NCBI RefSeq assembly: GCF_000247565.1
Contig: NC_016893.1
Location: 360,001 to 392,000, forward strand
Length of the DNA: 32,000 bases
Direction: 5' to 3'
Source of the DNA: Wigglesworthia glossinidia endosymbiont of Glossina morsitans morsitans (Yale colony)
GTDB lineage: Bacteria > Pseudomonadota > Gammaproteobacteria > Enterobacterales > Enterobacteriaceae
Shown one piece after another: positions 1-9,378 of this stretch. Below the pieces are notes generated by a model. That model had not been told where the DNA came from and did not search any database. It saw only the letters and a program-made list of their open reading frames with translations. Position 1 is the stretch's first letter; the number at the start of each line of letters is the position of its first letter. The translations under genes were made by a program, and so were the position numbers.

Positions 1-1
1 A

Positions 2-376
2 TCTATTCTTGACAGAACTAAGCACATTATGAACGTCGTAGTGAATCGAGAAATTGAAGTTTTAGAAACACATATTTCAACTTTAGGTAGTATTAGTGCT
101 ATTAGTCCATATATCGGATTACTCGGTACAGTTTGGGGTATTATGAACATATTTTATAAAATTAATGATTATACAAATTTTACGATACAATCAATTGCTC
201 CAGACATTTCAGATGCTTTAAGCACTACAGCTATGAGTTTATTTGTTGCAATACCAGCATTAATTTCATTCAATAAATTCAGTGTAAAATCAAATGTTAT
301 TGCTCAAAATTATCTAAATTTTTCTGAAGAATGCGCTGCAATTTTATATCGTAAAATAATTTCTAAAAAAGATTAA
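2..376 (+). CDS. tolQ: TolQ, Tol-Pal inner-membrane protein (3' portion; 5' end lies left of the window)
   Basis: The frame is open from base 2, with no stop before the listed ATG at 29. The C-terminal membrane segments (GLLGTVWGIM, TTAMSLFVAIPALISFN) are typical of the TolQ/ExbB family. tolR-tolA-tolB-pal follows directly, as in E. coli. Confidence 0.9.
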   Translation, partial: SILDRTKHIMNVVVNREIEVLETHISTLGSISAISPYIGLLGTVWGIMNIFYKINDYTNFTIQSIAPDISDALSTTAMSLFVAIPALISFNKFSVKSNVIAQNYLNFSEECAAILYRKIISKKD

Positions 377-398
377 CTTTTTTTAAAAATCTATTTAT

Positions 399-821
399 AT
401 GCGTAGAAAACTATACAAAAACGTTAAATTTGATATTAACATTATTCCATTAGTAGATGTTTTATTAGTGCTTATGTTAATCTTTATGATTTTTTCGCAA
501 GATTTTTTGCAAAAAATTACAGTTAATTTACCGAAAGAAAATTTTTATGATACACAAAATGAACAAATTGAAATTATTATTGAAATTTTAAATAAAAAAA
601 AATATAACTTATTAACACAAAAAAATAAAGAATATAATTTAAATTTGCAACAATTAAGTATCGCAATAAAAAATAAATTTTTAAATAACCCACGAATAAA
701 AATTTTTATAGGCGGAGAAAAAAGTATTCCATACGAAGAAATTATAAAAATTATTAGTGTTTTAAATAAGATTGGAGTGCAATCTATTGGATTAATTGCT
801 CAATCTGATTTAATTCATTAA
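399..821 (+). CDS. tolR: TolR, Tol-Pal inner-membrane protein
   Basis: 140 aa with an N-terminal single TM segment (INIIPLVDVLLVLMLIFMI, containing the conserved Asp) and ExbD/TolR-like length. It sits between tolQ and tolA. Confidence 0.9.
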   Translation: MRRKLYKNVKFDINIIPLVDVLLVLMLIFMIFSQDFLQKITVNLPKENFYDTQNEQIEIIIEILNKKKYNLLTQKNKEYNLNLQQLSIAIKNKFLNNPRIKIFIGGEKSIPYEEIIKIISVLNKIGVQSIGLIAQSDLIH

Positions 822-871
822 TATTTTTTTAAAAATTAAACAAAAAAAGTAAATTTAAGGTTATAATTACT

Positions 872-1624
872 GTGAAAACATCTAATTATAGAAATAAAAA
901 TGCTAAGCTAGCGATATATTTATCGATATTTTTACACGTAATATTTATTTTATGTTTATATTTAACAGTATCTTTTACAAAAAGAAATATTAAAAATTTT
1001 TACCAAATTAATACTTTACATAAAAAAATTATAGATTCAAAAGAAAAAAATTTTTTTCAAAAAAAAATTAAAATAAATAATCAAGAGCAACTTATAAAGT
1101 TTTATTATCAAACATTAAAATTACCTGAAAATAAAAAAAATATAATCGATAAAAATTTTTCAAATAAAATAGAAAATAAAAATCAAACACTAAAAGTACA
1201 TGATACACAAATTAATCAAAAAAAAAACATAAAAAATAAACTTAAAAATAATTTTCTGTCAAAAAAATCGACAAACATTATAGACAACACAATTGAAAAT
1301 TTAAACAATACAGTACATAATAATCATGTTATTTATAATCAAAATTATACATTATCTTCTGAAATAGAAACATATAAAGAAGCGATAAAACAATCTATTA
1401 AAAATAAACTATATGACTACAACACATTTATAGGAAAAGTATGCGAATTAAATTTAGAAATTTATTCAAGTGGATCAATTAAATCAATTCGTATGATTAG
1501 CGGAGATGAATCACTATGTTATGCTGCAATTACATCTGCAAAATTAGCACGAATTCCTCCGGCACCTAATTTAGAAATTTATAAAATAGCAAAAAAAATA
1601 ACTTTGCGATTTTCTCCTGAATAG
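872..1624 (+). CDS. tolA: TolA, Tol-Pal envelope-spanning protein
   Basis: GTG start at 872. It has an N-terminal TM anchor. The C-terminal about 90 aa (YKEAIKQSIKNKLYDY...GKVCELNLEI...LCYAAITSAKLARIPPAP) aligns to TolA domain III of E. coli as I recall it. The central domain is Asn/Lys-rich low complexity. Synteny supports the call. Confidence 0.85.
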   Translation: MKTSNYRNKNAKLAIYLSIFLHVIFILCLYLTVSFTKRNIKNFYQINTLHKKIIDSKEKNFFQKKIKINNQEQLIKFYYQTLKLPENKKNIIDKNFSNKIENKNQTLKVHDTQINQKKNIKNKLKNNFLSKKSTNIIDNTIENLNNTVHNNHVIYNQNYTLSSEIETYKEAIKQSIKNKLYDYNTFIGKVCELNLEIYSSGSIKSIRMISGDESLCYAAITSAKLARIPPAPNLEIYKIAKKITLRFSPE

Positions 1625-1733
1625 TAAAATATAAATTTTAAAAATTTCATTTTAAAAATATTAATACTAAAACTGTTATTTTAAAATAAATCAATGTACA
1701 ATAAATACCTAAAAGGATCTAAAATAAATATAA

Positions 1734-3041
1734 ATGAATAAATTGTTATTAATATTTTATAGTATTTTTTTTTGTAATTCTATATTATATGCAAATATTC
1801 ATATCGATATTAATCGAGGCATAGATGTATCAACGCCAATTGGAATTTCTTCTTTCAGATGGATAGATAATCGCTCAAATAATGAATTAGAAAATATCGC
1901 AAAAGTTATTGCATGTGATCTTCAAAATAGCGGAAAATTTTCATCAATAATAATACCGGAAAAAAATAAAGAATATTCCAAGTTATTTACTCAAAAAAAT
2001 TTTAATTTTTCTAGTATTGCTCAAGAATTAAACATTAACACGATTTTAATAGGCAAAATATCATTAAATAAAAAAAACGAATATTTGATTTCGTATAAGT
2101 TAATAGATCTAGTGAATATTCCAGGTAAAATTTTGTTAAATAGTTATCGTACAGCTCAGATACAATCATTTCGAAAAGTTGCACATGACATTAGTAATGA
2201 AATCTTTAAAAAATTAACCGGAATATCCGGAGTATTTCATACTCATATAACTTATATTATGCATAATAAAAAAAATGAATATCCGTATCAGTTATGTATT
2301 GCAGACTATGACGGATATAATCAAAAAATTATTCATCAATCACACATGCCTCTTATGTCCCCAGCTTGGTCTCCAGATGAAAAAAATATTGCATATGTAA
2401 CTTTTGAGCATGGAAATTCTGCAATAAAAATAAAAAATATCCAAAATGGCGCTATTAAACATATAGCAAGTTTCCCATATCATAATGGCGCTCCTTCATT
2501 TTCTCCAGATGGAGAAAAATTAGCGTTTGTTCTTTCAAAAACAGGCAGTTTAAATTTATATGTTATGTTTCTTAAATCAGGATTAATTAAACAAATTACA
2601 AACAATCACAACAACAATACAGAACCTAGTTGGTTTCCAGATAATTATTCATTAGCATATACTTCGGATCAAAACGGAAGTCCACAAATTTATAAAATTA
2701 ATATTCAAGATGGAAAATCTCATAGACTTTCTTGGGAAGGTTCAAAAAATCAAAATGCAGAAGTTAGTTCAGACGGAAGCTTCTTAGCCATGGTAAATTC
2801 AGAAAGAAAAGAACAACACATTGCATTGTTAAATTTAAAATTAGAAAATATGCATATTTTAACTAAAACATTTTTAGACGAAGCGCCAAGTATTTCTCCA
2901 AACAACACTATGATAATTTACAAAACATCTTATAGTAGTAATTCCTTAATAGAATTAATTTCTACTAACGGACGTTTTAAAAAAACAATTTTAAAAATTG
3001 ACGGACAAATAAAATTTCCTAGATGGTCGCAAAAAATATAA
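1734..3041 (+). CDS. tolB: TolB, periplasmic beta-propeller protein of the Tol-Pal system
   Basis: 435 aa with a signal-peptide-like N-terminus. Long collinear matches to E. coli TolB include DYDGYNQ, LMSPAWSPD, HNGAPSFSPDG, KTGSLNLYVM, NNTEPSWFPD and DGQIKFPRWS. Confidence 0.95.
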   Translation: MNKLLLIFYSIFFCNSILYANIHIDINRGIDVSTPIGISSFRWIDNRSNNELENIAKVIACDLQNSGKFSSIIIPEKNKEYSKLFTQKNFNFSSIAQELNINTILIGKISLNKKNEYLISYKLIDLVNIPGKILLNSYRTAQIQSFRKVAHDISNEIFKKLTGISGVFHTHITYIMHNKKNEYPYQLCIADYDGYNQKIIHQSHMPLMSPAWSPDEKNIAYVTFEHGNSAIKIKNIQNGAIKHIASFPYHNGAPSFSPDGEKLAFVLSKTGSLNLYVMFLKSGLIKQITNNHNNNTEPSWFPDNYSLAYTSDQNGSPQIYKINIQDGKSHRLSWEGSKNQNAEVSSDGSFLAMVNSERKEQHIALLNLKLENMHILTKTFLDEAPSISPNNTMIIYKTSYSSNSLIELISTNGRFKKTILKIDGQIKFPRWSQKI

Positions 3042-3080
3042 CATTAATACTCACCAAAACATTACTAACAAGGAATTAAA

Positions 3081-3596
3081 ATGAAATTAAATTTAATATC
3101 AAAGAGTGTCTGGATACTTATCCCATTAATCACTATAGTATCTTGTACGTCTAAAAAAAATATTAAAAACATTGATGCTGCGTCGATTAACACTTCTGAA
3201 AATACGGATACAAACATGAATAGCACTGGATCTTTAGATTCATTAGATAGTGTTAATGCACAAGAATTACAGCAAAATAATATTTTATATTTTGATTTAG
3301 ATAAATATAATATAAAAAATGAATTTACTCAAATATTAGATGCACATTCAGATTTTCTTAGAAACAATCCTTCTTACAAAATTATCATCGAAGGTCATGC
3401 TGATGAACGAGGTACCTCAGAATACAATATTGCCCTTGGAGAAAGAAGAGCAAAATCTGTTAAAGAATATTTGCAAAGTAAAGGTGTATTAGAAGAACAA
3501 ATGAAAGTAATATCTTATGGAAAAGAAAAACCTGCTGCATTAGGACACGATGAAATGACTTATGCAAAAAATCGTCGCGTCGTTTTAGCATATTAA
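3081..3596 (+). CDS. pal: Pal, peptidoglycan-associated outer-membrane lipoprotein
   Basis: Lipobox LITIVS-C after a signal peptide. OmpA-like C-terminal domain ([25 protein letters not shown]...NRRVVL). Located after tolB. Confidence 0.95.
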   Translation: MKLNLISKSVWILIPLITIVSCTSKKNIKNIDAASINTSENTDTNMNSTGSLDSLDSVNAQELQQNNILYFDLDKYNIKNEFTQILDAHSDFLRNNPSYKIIIEGHADERGTSEYNIALGERRAKSVKEYLQSKGVLEEQMKVISYGKEKPAALGHDEMTYAKNRRVVLAY

Positions 3597-3613
3597 TTTA
3601 ATCAAGTGTTATA

Positions 3614-4377
3614 ATGTTAATTAAATATTTTAAAAATATTACATACTACTTTTTGTTTTTTATAGCAGTAGTAATTTGTAAAGTTACTACTGCAAAAGTA
3701 GAAATAAAAAGTGCTGTTCCGGTAGTAGAAGATCGGATTACAAAAATTAATCGATTGTTTATATATCACATTCACAATTGTTTCAACAAATACAAAAAAA
3801 GATTAACGATAATCAAAATGATTTAGAAAAACTTAGAGAACAAATGCAAGAAAATCAATATTCACTATCAAAATTAATTAAGCAGCAAAATGATTTTCAA
3901 AATCAAATAGATAAAATTATTAAAGATTATGAAAATATTAAAACTCATAATTTAAATAAAAAAAATACAAATAAAAAAAATAATATTATTTCTTCTCAAA
4001 TCTCTTCAGATCGTATAGATTATAATGAAGCAATAAATTTAGCTTTTAATAAAAAAAAATATAGTGATGCAATTAACAAATTAAAACTCTTTATGACTAA
4101 ATATCCATCTTCCAACTATCGTCCTAATGCACAATATTGGATAGGACAAATTTATTACGTTACCGGTAATAGCAATGATGCTATATATAATTTTGCATCT
4201 GTTGTACAGAACTTCCCGAACTTTCAAAAAGTTCCGGACGCATTATTGAAGATTGGAATTTTAGCTCAAAAAGATCATCAAAATGATAAAGCAAAAAAAA
4301 TTTATAATAAAATTATTGAATTTTATCCTAACGATATAGCAGCGATAGAAGCAAAAAAAAGATTAAAAAAAATATAA
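3614..4377 (+). pseudogene. cpoB: CpoB/YbgF (Tol-Pal-associated periplasmic TPR protein), split by a frameshift near 3758-3769
   Basis: ORF 3614-3826 gives a signal peptide plus VEDRITKINRL, compared with VEDRVTQLERI in E. coli CpoB. ORF 3778-4377, in the -1 frame, continues from 3769 as HSQLFQQIQKKINDNQNDLEKLREQMQENQYSL (E. coli HSQLLTQLQQQLSDNQSDIDSLRGQIQENQYQL) and ends with the TPR region (NAQYWIGQIYY...). The total span of 764 nt equals 3n+2. Removing one TA from tttatatatcac restores a single 253-codon frame. Confidence 0.8.
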
Positions 4378-4433
4378 TATAAAAAATTTACTTATATAAA
4401 AAAAAATTTATATTTTAAAATTAAATTTTACAA

Positions 4434-4506
4434 GGGTCGTTAGCTCAGTTGGTAGAGCAGTTGACTTTTAATCAATTGGTCGCAGGTTCGAATCCTGCAC
4501 GACCCA
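4434..4506 (+). tRNA. lysT: tRNA-Lys (anticodon UUU)
   Basis: 73 nt cloverleaf: acceptor GGGTCGT/ACGACCC, anticodon loop CTTTTAA, T-loop GGTTCGAATCC. It appears essentially identical to E. coli tRNA-Lys and sits after cpoB as in E. coli. No CCA is encoded (GGA follows). Confidence 0.95.
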
Positions 4507-4632
4507 GGAATTTTTATTATCCATGACTCAAGTATTTTATATATTCAACGATTCTGCTTAATAAGAATGAAATTTTTTTCAAAAACTTAAATTATTTTTG
4601 ATAAAACAATTAAATACGTTTTCATATGAGAT

Positions 4633-5547
4633 ATGGAAAAAAAATTAAATATTTTTAAAAAAAACTTGTTTTCTATTCAAGATATATTAAATTGGACAGT
4701 AAAAAAATTTAATAAAAATAATATATTTTATGGACATGGAACGAATAATTCCTGGGACGAAGCATTGCAATTAATATTGCCAAGTATTTTATTATCTATT
4801 TATTCATCTAAAAAAGTATTGAATTATCAACTTAATAATATAGAAAAAAAAAATATTTTATATAAAATTCAAAAACGTGTTCAAAAAAGAATTCCTGTTC
4901 CTTATTTAACGCATAAATCTTGGTTATGTGAAACAGAATTTTATATTGATGCACGGGCAGTTATACCTCGATCACCTATAGCAGAATTAATCTGTGATAA
5001 TTTTAGAGATCTGATAAAAATTTATCCTAAAAATATTCTTGATTTATGTACCGGAAGTGGATGTTTAGCAATTATTTCTGCTAAAAAATATCCCAAAGCA
5101 AATGTAGATGCAAGTGATTATTCAATTCCAGCACTAAATGTAGCTGAGATCAATATAAAAAAACATAATTTAGAAAATAAAATAAAATTAATTACATCTA
5201 ATTTATTTGAAAATATTGTTCCAAAAAAAAAATATGATGTAATTATTACTAATCCACCATATGTAAATAAAAAATTAATGTCTAATTTGCCTAAAGAATT
5301 TTCATATGAACCCAAAATAGGTTTATTTGGAGGTATGGACGGATTGCAATATATTCGTAAAATATTGCATTCTGCAGTGCATTTTTTATCCGAAAACGGT
5401 ATTTTAGTATGCGAAGTAGGATACAATATGATGACTCTTATGAAAGAGTACAAAAATATTCCATTTTTGTGGATTGACTGTATAGATGATGCAGTAGGAG
5501 TATTTGTGTTAACTAAAGAAGAATTAAAAAAAATAAAATTTATTTAA
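4633..5547 (+). CDS. prmB: PrmB, ribosomal protein uL3 glutamine N5-methyltransferase
   Basis: 304 aa with the NPPY catalytic motif (IITNPPYV) and an SAM-binding DLCTGSGC motif. It is collinear with E. coli PrmB/YfcB (YGHGT.N.WDEA, IPVPYLT) and lies immediately upstream of aroC, as in E. coli. Confidence 0.9.
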   Translation: MEKKLNIFKKNLFSIQDILNWTVKKFNKNNIFYGHGTNNSWDEALQLILPSILLSIYSSKKVLNYQLNNIEKKNILYKIQKRVQKRIPVPYLTHKSWLCETEFYIDARAVIPRSPIAELICDNFRDLIKIYPKNILDLCTGSGCLAIISAKKYPKANVDASDYSIPALNVAEINIKKHNLENKIKLITSNLFENIVPKKKYDVIITNPPYVNKKLMSNLPKEFSYEPKIGLFGGMDGLQYIRKILHSAVHFLSENGILVCEVGYNMMTLMKEYKNIPFLWIDCIDDAVGVFVLTKEELKKIKFI

Positions 5548-5587
5548 CAATACATATGTTTAAGCTAGAAAATTAAATATTAATAAT

Positions 5588-6643
5588 ATGTCAGGGAATA
5601 GTATTGGAACAATTTTACGTCTTACTACGTTTGGAGAATCTCATGGCATAGCTATCGGAGGTATTCTAGATGGAGTACCGCCTAAAATTCCTATTTCTAA
5701 AAAAGAAATACAAAAAGAACTAAATAAAAGACGTCCCGGATCTAAACATACCTCAGAAAGAAAAGAAAAAGATCTGATTGAAATTTTTTCCGGCATATTT
5801 CATGGATACACTACCGGAACAAGTATCGGATTAATAATCAAAAATCAAGATCATAAACCGAAAGATTATGTCAATTTAAAAAATATATATCGCCCAAATC
5901 ATGCAGATTTTTCTTATTTTAAAAAATATGGAATTCGAGATTATCGCGGTGGAGGACGAGCATCAGCAAGAGAAACTGCAATTAGAGTAGCAGCAGGAGC
6001 CATTGCAAAAAAATATTTATATCAAAAATATAATTTAAGAATTATTGGATTTTTAAAGCAAATAGGTGATATTAAATGCAATACTATAGATTTAAATCGA
6101 GTTACAAAAAATAAACTGTTTTGTCCAGACTATGATTGTTTGCCTTTAATAATAAATCTTATAAAAAATTTAAAAAAACAAGGAGACTCAATTGGTGCTA
6201 AAATTGGCATTTTTGTAGAAAATGTACCTATAGGATTAGGAGAACCAATATTTGATAAATTAGACGCAGAACTTGCACATTCATTAATGAGTATTAATGC
6301 AGTGAAAGGTATTGAAATTGGCGACGGTTTTAAATGTGTTAATCAGTATGGTAGTAAAAGTTATGATGAAATTACACCGCAAGGCTTTAAAAGTAATCAT
6401 TGCGGAGGAATTTTAGGTGGAATTAGTACGGGACAAAATATTTTGATTTCTCTTGCCATTAAACCTGCTTCTAGTATTAGTATTCCAATAAAAACTATCA
6501 ATATATATGGTAATCGTACGGTAATTCGTACACGCGGGCGTCATGATCCGTGTATTGGGATAAGAGCTATACCAGTTTCAGAAGCTATGGTTGCGCTAAC
6601 TTTAATGGATCACGATTTAAGAAATAAAGCACAGTGTAAATAA
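5588..6643 (+). CDS. aroC: Chorismate synthase
   Basis: 351 aa. N-terminus [16 protein letters not shown], plus RPGHADF-like [21 protein letters not shown] and RGRHDPC, which are chorismate synthase signatures. Confidence 0.95.
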   Translation: MSGNSIGTILRLTTFGESHGIAIGGILDGVPPKIPISKKEIQKELNKRRPGSKHTSERKEKDLIEIFSGIFHGYTTGTSIGLIIKNQDHKPKDYVNLKNIYRPNHADFSYFKKYGIRDYRGGGRASARETAIRVAAGAIAKKYLYQKYNLRIIGFLKQIGDIKCNTIDLNRVTKNKLFCPDYDCLPLIINLIKNLKKQGDSIGAKIGIFVENVPIGLGEPIFDKLDAELAHSLMSINAVKGIEIGDGFKCVNQYGSKSYDEITPQGFKSNHCGGILGGISTGQNILISLAIKPASSISIPIKTINIYGNRTVIRTRGRHDPCIGIRAIPVSEAMVALTLMDHDLRNKAQCK

Positions 6644-6780
6644 TAAGAATTTTACATTTTTTGAAAATTTAAATTATTTATTAACAAAAAAATTGTTTTC
6701 AAAATTTATTTGTTTATATTTTATATTTTAAATATATTATTAATCATAACATATTATTAGAATCATTGAAAAGGAATAAA

Positions 6781-7995
6781 ATGAAACGTGTTGTTGTGAC
6801 AGGATTGGGGTTACTTTCAAGTATTGGAAATAATTCTGTAGAAGTACTATCTTCTTTAAAAGAAGGAAAGTCTGGTATCACTTATTCTCAAGAATTAAAA
6901 AATTCAGGTATGCGTAGTAATATATGGGGTAACATTAAATTAGATATTTCTGAAAAAATAAATAGAAAAATTTCAAGATTTATGAGTGATGCATCTATTT
7001 ATGCATATTTATCTATGGAACAAGCTATTGCAGATGCACGTTTAACTAAAAATATGATTTCTAATAACCGTACCGGTTTAATTGTAGGTTCGGGTGGAGG
7101 TTCACCAAAAAATCAAGTCGCAGGATCAGACGCTATGAGAGCACGTGGATTACGTGGCGTAGGCCCATATATTGTAACTAAAGCAATGGCATCTGGCATT
7201 TCTGCATGTTTAGCAACTCCATTTAAGATAAGAGGAGTAAATTATTCTATTACTTCTGCATGTTCCACTTCAGCGCATTGCATAGGACATGCAATGGAAA
7301 TAATTAAATTTGGGAAACAAGATATAATTTTTGCTGGAGGCGGGGAAGAATTATGTTGGGAAATGGCGTGCGAATTTGATGCTATGGGGGCTTTATCAAC
7401 ACATTATAATTCTACTCCAAAACAAGCTTCTCGTGCCTATGATATCAATCGAGACGGATTTGTTATTTCTGGAGGAGGTGGCATAATTGTACTTGAAGAA
7501 TTAGAACATGCTTTATCTCGTAATGCATATATTTATGCAGAAATTATAGGATACGGAGCTACTTCAGATGGATCAGATATGGTGATCCCTTCTGGAGAAG
7601 GTGCTATGCGTTGCATGAAGATAGCATTAAAAAATGTAAATATACCAATAGATTATTTAAACACACATGGAACTTCAACAATAATTGGTGATATTAAAGA
7701 ACTATGGGCGATTCGAAAAACTTTCAAAAATAATAAGCCTATGTTATCTTCTACTAAATCTATGACAGGGCATTCTTTAGGAGCAGCAGGCGTGCACGAA
7801 ATAATATTTTCAATACTCATGTTAAACAATAATTTTATTGCTCCTAGTATTAACATTGAAAATTTAGATAAAGAAGCTCTAGATATGAACATAATTACTA
7901 AATATTTAAAATGTGATCTTAATACTGTCATGAGTAATAGTTTTGGTTTCGGCGGTACTAATGCAAGTTTAGTACTAAAAAAATATAAAAATTGA
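6781..7995 (+). CDS. fabB: 3-oxoacyl-ACP synthase I (KAS I)
   Basis: Very high collinear similarity to E. coli FabB, from [10 protein letters not shown] to [14 protein letters not shown]. The active-site region is [15 protein letters not shown] prefer the ATG at 6781 (preceded by AAGGA), which aligns with E. coli Met1. The track start at 6766 is a TTG five codons upstream. Confidence 0.95.
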   Translation: MKRVVVTGLGLLSSIGNNSVEVLSSLKEGKSGITYSQELKNSGMRSNIWGNIKLDISEKINRKISRFMSDASIYAYLSMEQAIADARLTKNMISNNRTGLIVGSGGGSPKNQVAGSDAMRARGLRGVGPYIVTKAMASGISACLATPFKIRGVNYSITSACSTSAHCIGHAMEIIKFGKQDIIFAGGGEELCWEMACEFDAMGALSTHYNSTPKQASRAYDINRDGFVISGGGGIIVLEELEHALSRNAYIYAEIIGYGATSDGSDMVIPSGEGAMRCMKIALKNVNIPIDYLNTHGTSTIIGDIKELWAIRKTFKNNKPMLSSTKSMTGHSLGAAGVHEIIFSILMLNNNFIAPSINIENLDKEALDMNIITKYLKCDLNTVMSNSFGFGGTNASLVLKKYKN

Positions 7996-8823
7996 TTTAT
8001 CTAAAATTATTTGATCTTGATGAAAAATTATTTTTAATAAAATATTTATTTATTAAATAGTACAACAATCTTTTTTATAAAGATATTCAAAATTTCTTAT
8101 ACAAGAAACAATATTTATTGTTTACAAATTTAATTTTGTTTATTTTAAATTTTTTCAAAAAATTTTAAATTTTATTTAAATAACAAAAATATCTATTCTT
8201 TAACAAAGAAGAAATAATATAAAAATTGAAAATTTTAAATTGTTTATTTTTTAATATTTATGCCAATTTTTAATTAATAAAATTATTTTTATACCAATTA
8301 AAAAATTAAATTTTTCACTTCTTATAAAGAATTTAAAAAAATTAATTTTTAAAAATATTTATTTTCAAAAAAATTATAAATTATTTTTTAAATTCAAAAA
8401 AAATTTTACTATTAAAAAATAAAATTATAAAAATTTTTTTTATTAAAAATATTTAAAAATAAAAATTATAAAACTAAAATATTTTATTTTTTTTATTAAA
8501 AAATATATATAAAAAAAATAAATAAAATAAAAAATAGATTTTTTTAAAATTATAATTAATAAATTTTCGTAAATGTTTTGAACATATATCATATTAGTGT
8601 TTAATTTATTTATTAAAATTGAAAATATATTAATATTATCTTATATAGATAATCACTTTATTTTAAGATAAATTTAATTTTTTTTAACTAAAAAAATAAT
8701 TTTAATTCATTTTTATTTAAAAAATTGATAATTAAAACAATTTTTTTTTAAATAAAATCTATGCTAAAAAATAATACTTAATATATAAAATTAACTAAAT
8801 AATATTTAAAAAGAGATAAAATA

Positions 8824-9249
8824 ATGAATAAATCAAGCGATATATCAGTTATGGTAGAATCATTATCACGTATTTATCATCGATTAAGAAAAGAAGTAAA
8901 TGGTCAATTAGTTACTGAAGGTCTATCAATGTCAAAAATGAAAATTTTACATCTTATTACTACTGGAAAAACTAGCGCAACTGACATTAAGAATTATATG
9001 GGATTTTCTTCGCGTACAGTTGTCACTGTTTTAGATGCATTAGAAAAAGAAGAAATGTTAAAAAGACAACAAAGTCCTACGGATAGAAGAGTCAAATACG
9101 TATACATTACGGAAAAAGGTTTAGAAAAGTTAAAAATCGCCGAACATACTCATAAAATTATTTTGAATCGAATTTTTTCTCCATTATCTCCAATTCAATT
9201 AGAACAATTTAGAGAAGTTTGTGACACTTTAGAATCTCGAAAACAATAG
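8824..9249 (+). CDS. MarR-family winged-helix transcriptional regulator (orthology unresolved)
   Basis: 141 aa. The pattern is typical of MarR/SlyA-family wHTH proteins: LS.SKMKILHLI...TSATDIKNYMGFSSRTVVTVLDALEKEEMLKRQQSPTDRRVKYVYITEKG (recognition helix, then the D-x-R wing). Amino-acid composition is less Lys/Asn/Ile-biased than neighbouring genes. I estimate only about 20% identity to E. coli MarR by eye. Confidence 0.75.
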   Translation: MNKSSDISVMVESLSRIYHRLRKEVNGQLVTEGLSMSKMKILHLITTGKTSATDIKNYMGFSSRTVVTVLDALEKEEMLKRQQSPTDRRVKYVYITEKGLEKLKIAEHTHKIILNRIFSPLSPIQLEQFREVCDTLESRKQ

Positions 9250-9378
9250 TAAATTTAATATTTTAAAAAAAATAATTTTTTATTATATTTAACTTATATT
9301 TTTTATCAAAAAATAGATATTTTTTGATTTTAATAATATAAAATAACTTATTAAAAATTTTTTATGCATACTAATAAA

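Noticed and set aside
3614-3826. Treating 3614-3826 (70 aa) and 3778-4377 (199 aa) as two independent small genes.
   Set aside because: Together they are collinear with a single CpoB/YbgF protein. The split is explained by a 2-nt frameshift in a TA repeat, so I report one disrupted gene.
5118-5453. ORFs in the track that lie antisense to or inside well-supported genes: 5118-5453(-), 7653-7931(-), 11350-11592(-), 14068-14250(-), 16688-16885(+), 21893-22081(+), 23866-24132(-), 26445-26789(-), 30622-30840(-), 31658-31852(-) and 31764-31958(-).
   Set aside because: Each is fully contained in a gene with strong full-length homology on the other strand (prmB, fabB, coaBC, tilS, prlC, dapD, rpsB, dxr, bamA). 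The translations have no recognisable motifs. Shadow ORFs like these arise by chance opposite conserved genes.
6766-6780. Upstream-extended TTG starts given by the ORF track for fabB (6766), gmk (9475), dut (12294), dapD (22452), map (23280) and dxr (26161).
   Set aside because: In each case an ATG a few codons downstream aligns with the N-terminus of the E. coli orthologue, and the extension adds non-homologous residues. The TTG starts remain possible but are less likely.
8775-8798. TACTT...AACTAA just upstream of the MarR-family ATG. It is reminiscent of the flanks of E. coli marO site II (TACTTGCCAGGGCAACTAA).
   Set aside because: The diagnostic GC core (TTGCC/GGCAA) is absent and the spacing differs. 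The two short AT-rich pentamer and hexamer motifs are easily explained by chance.
9305-9328. A 24-nt palindrome, ATCAAAAAATA-GA-TATTTTTTGAT, 56 nt downstream of the MarR-family gene. It could be a terminator or an operator.
   Set aside because: The stem is almost entirely A-U and the central loop is too small for a stable hairpin. AT-only palindromes with 11-bp arms are expected by chance many times in these spacers. I kept it only as a note.
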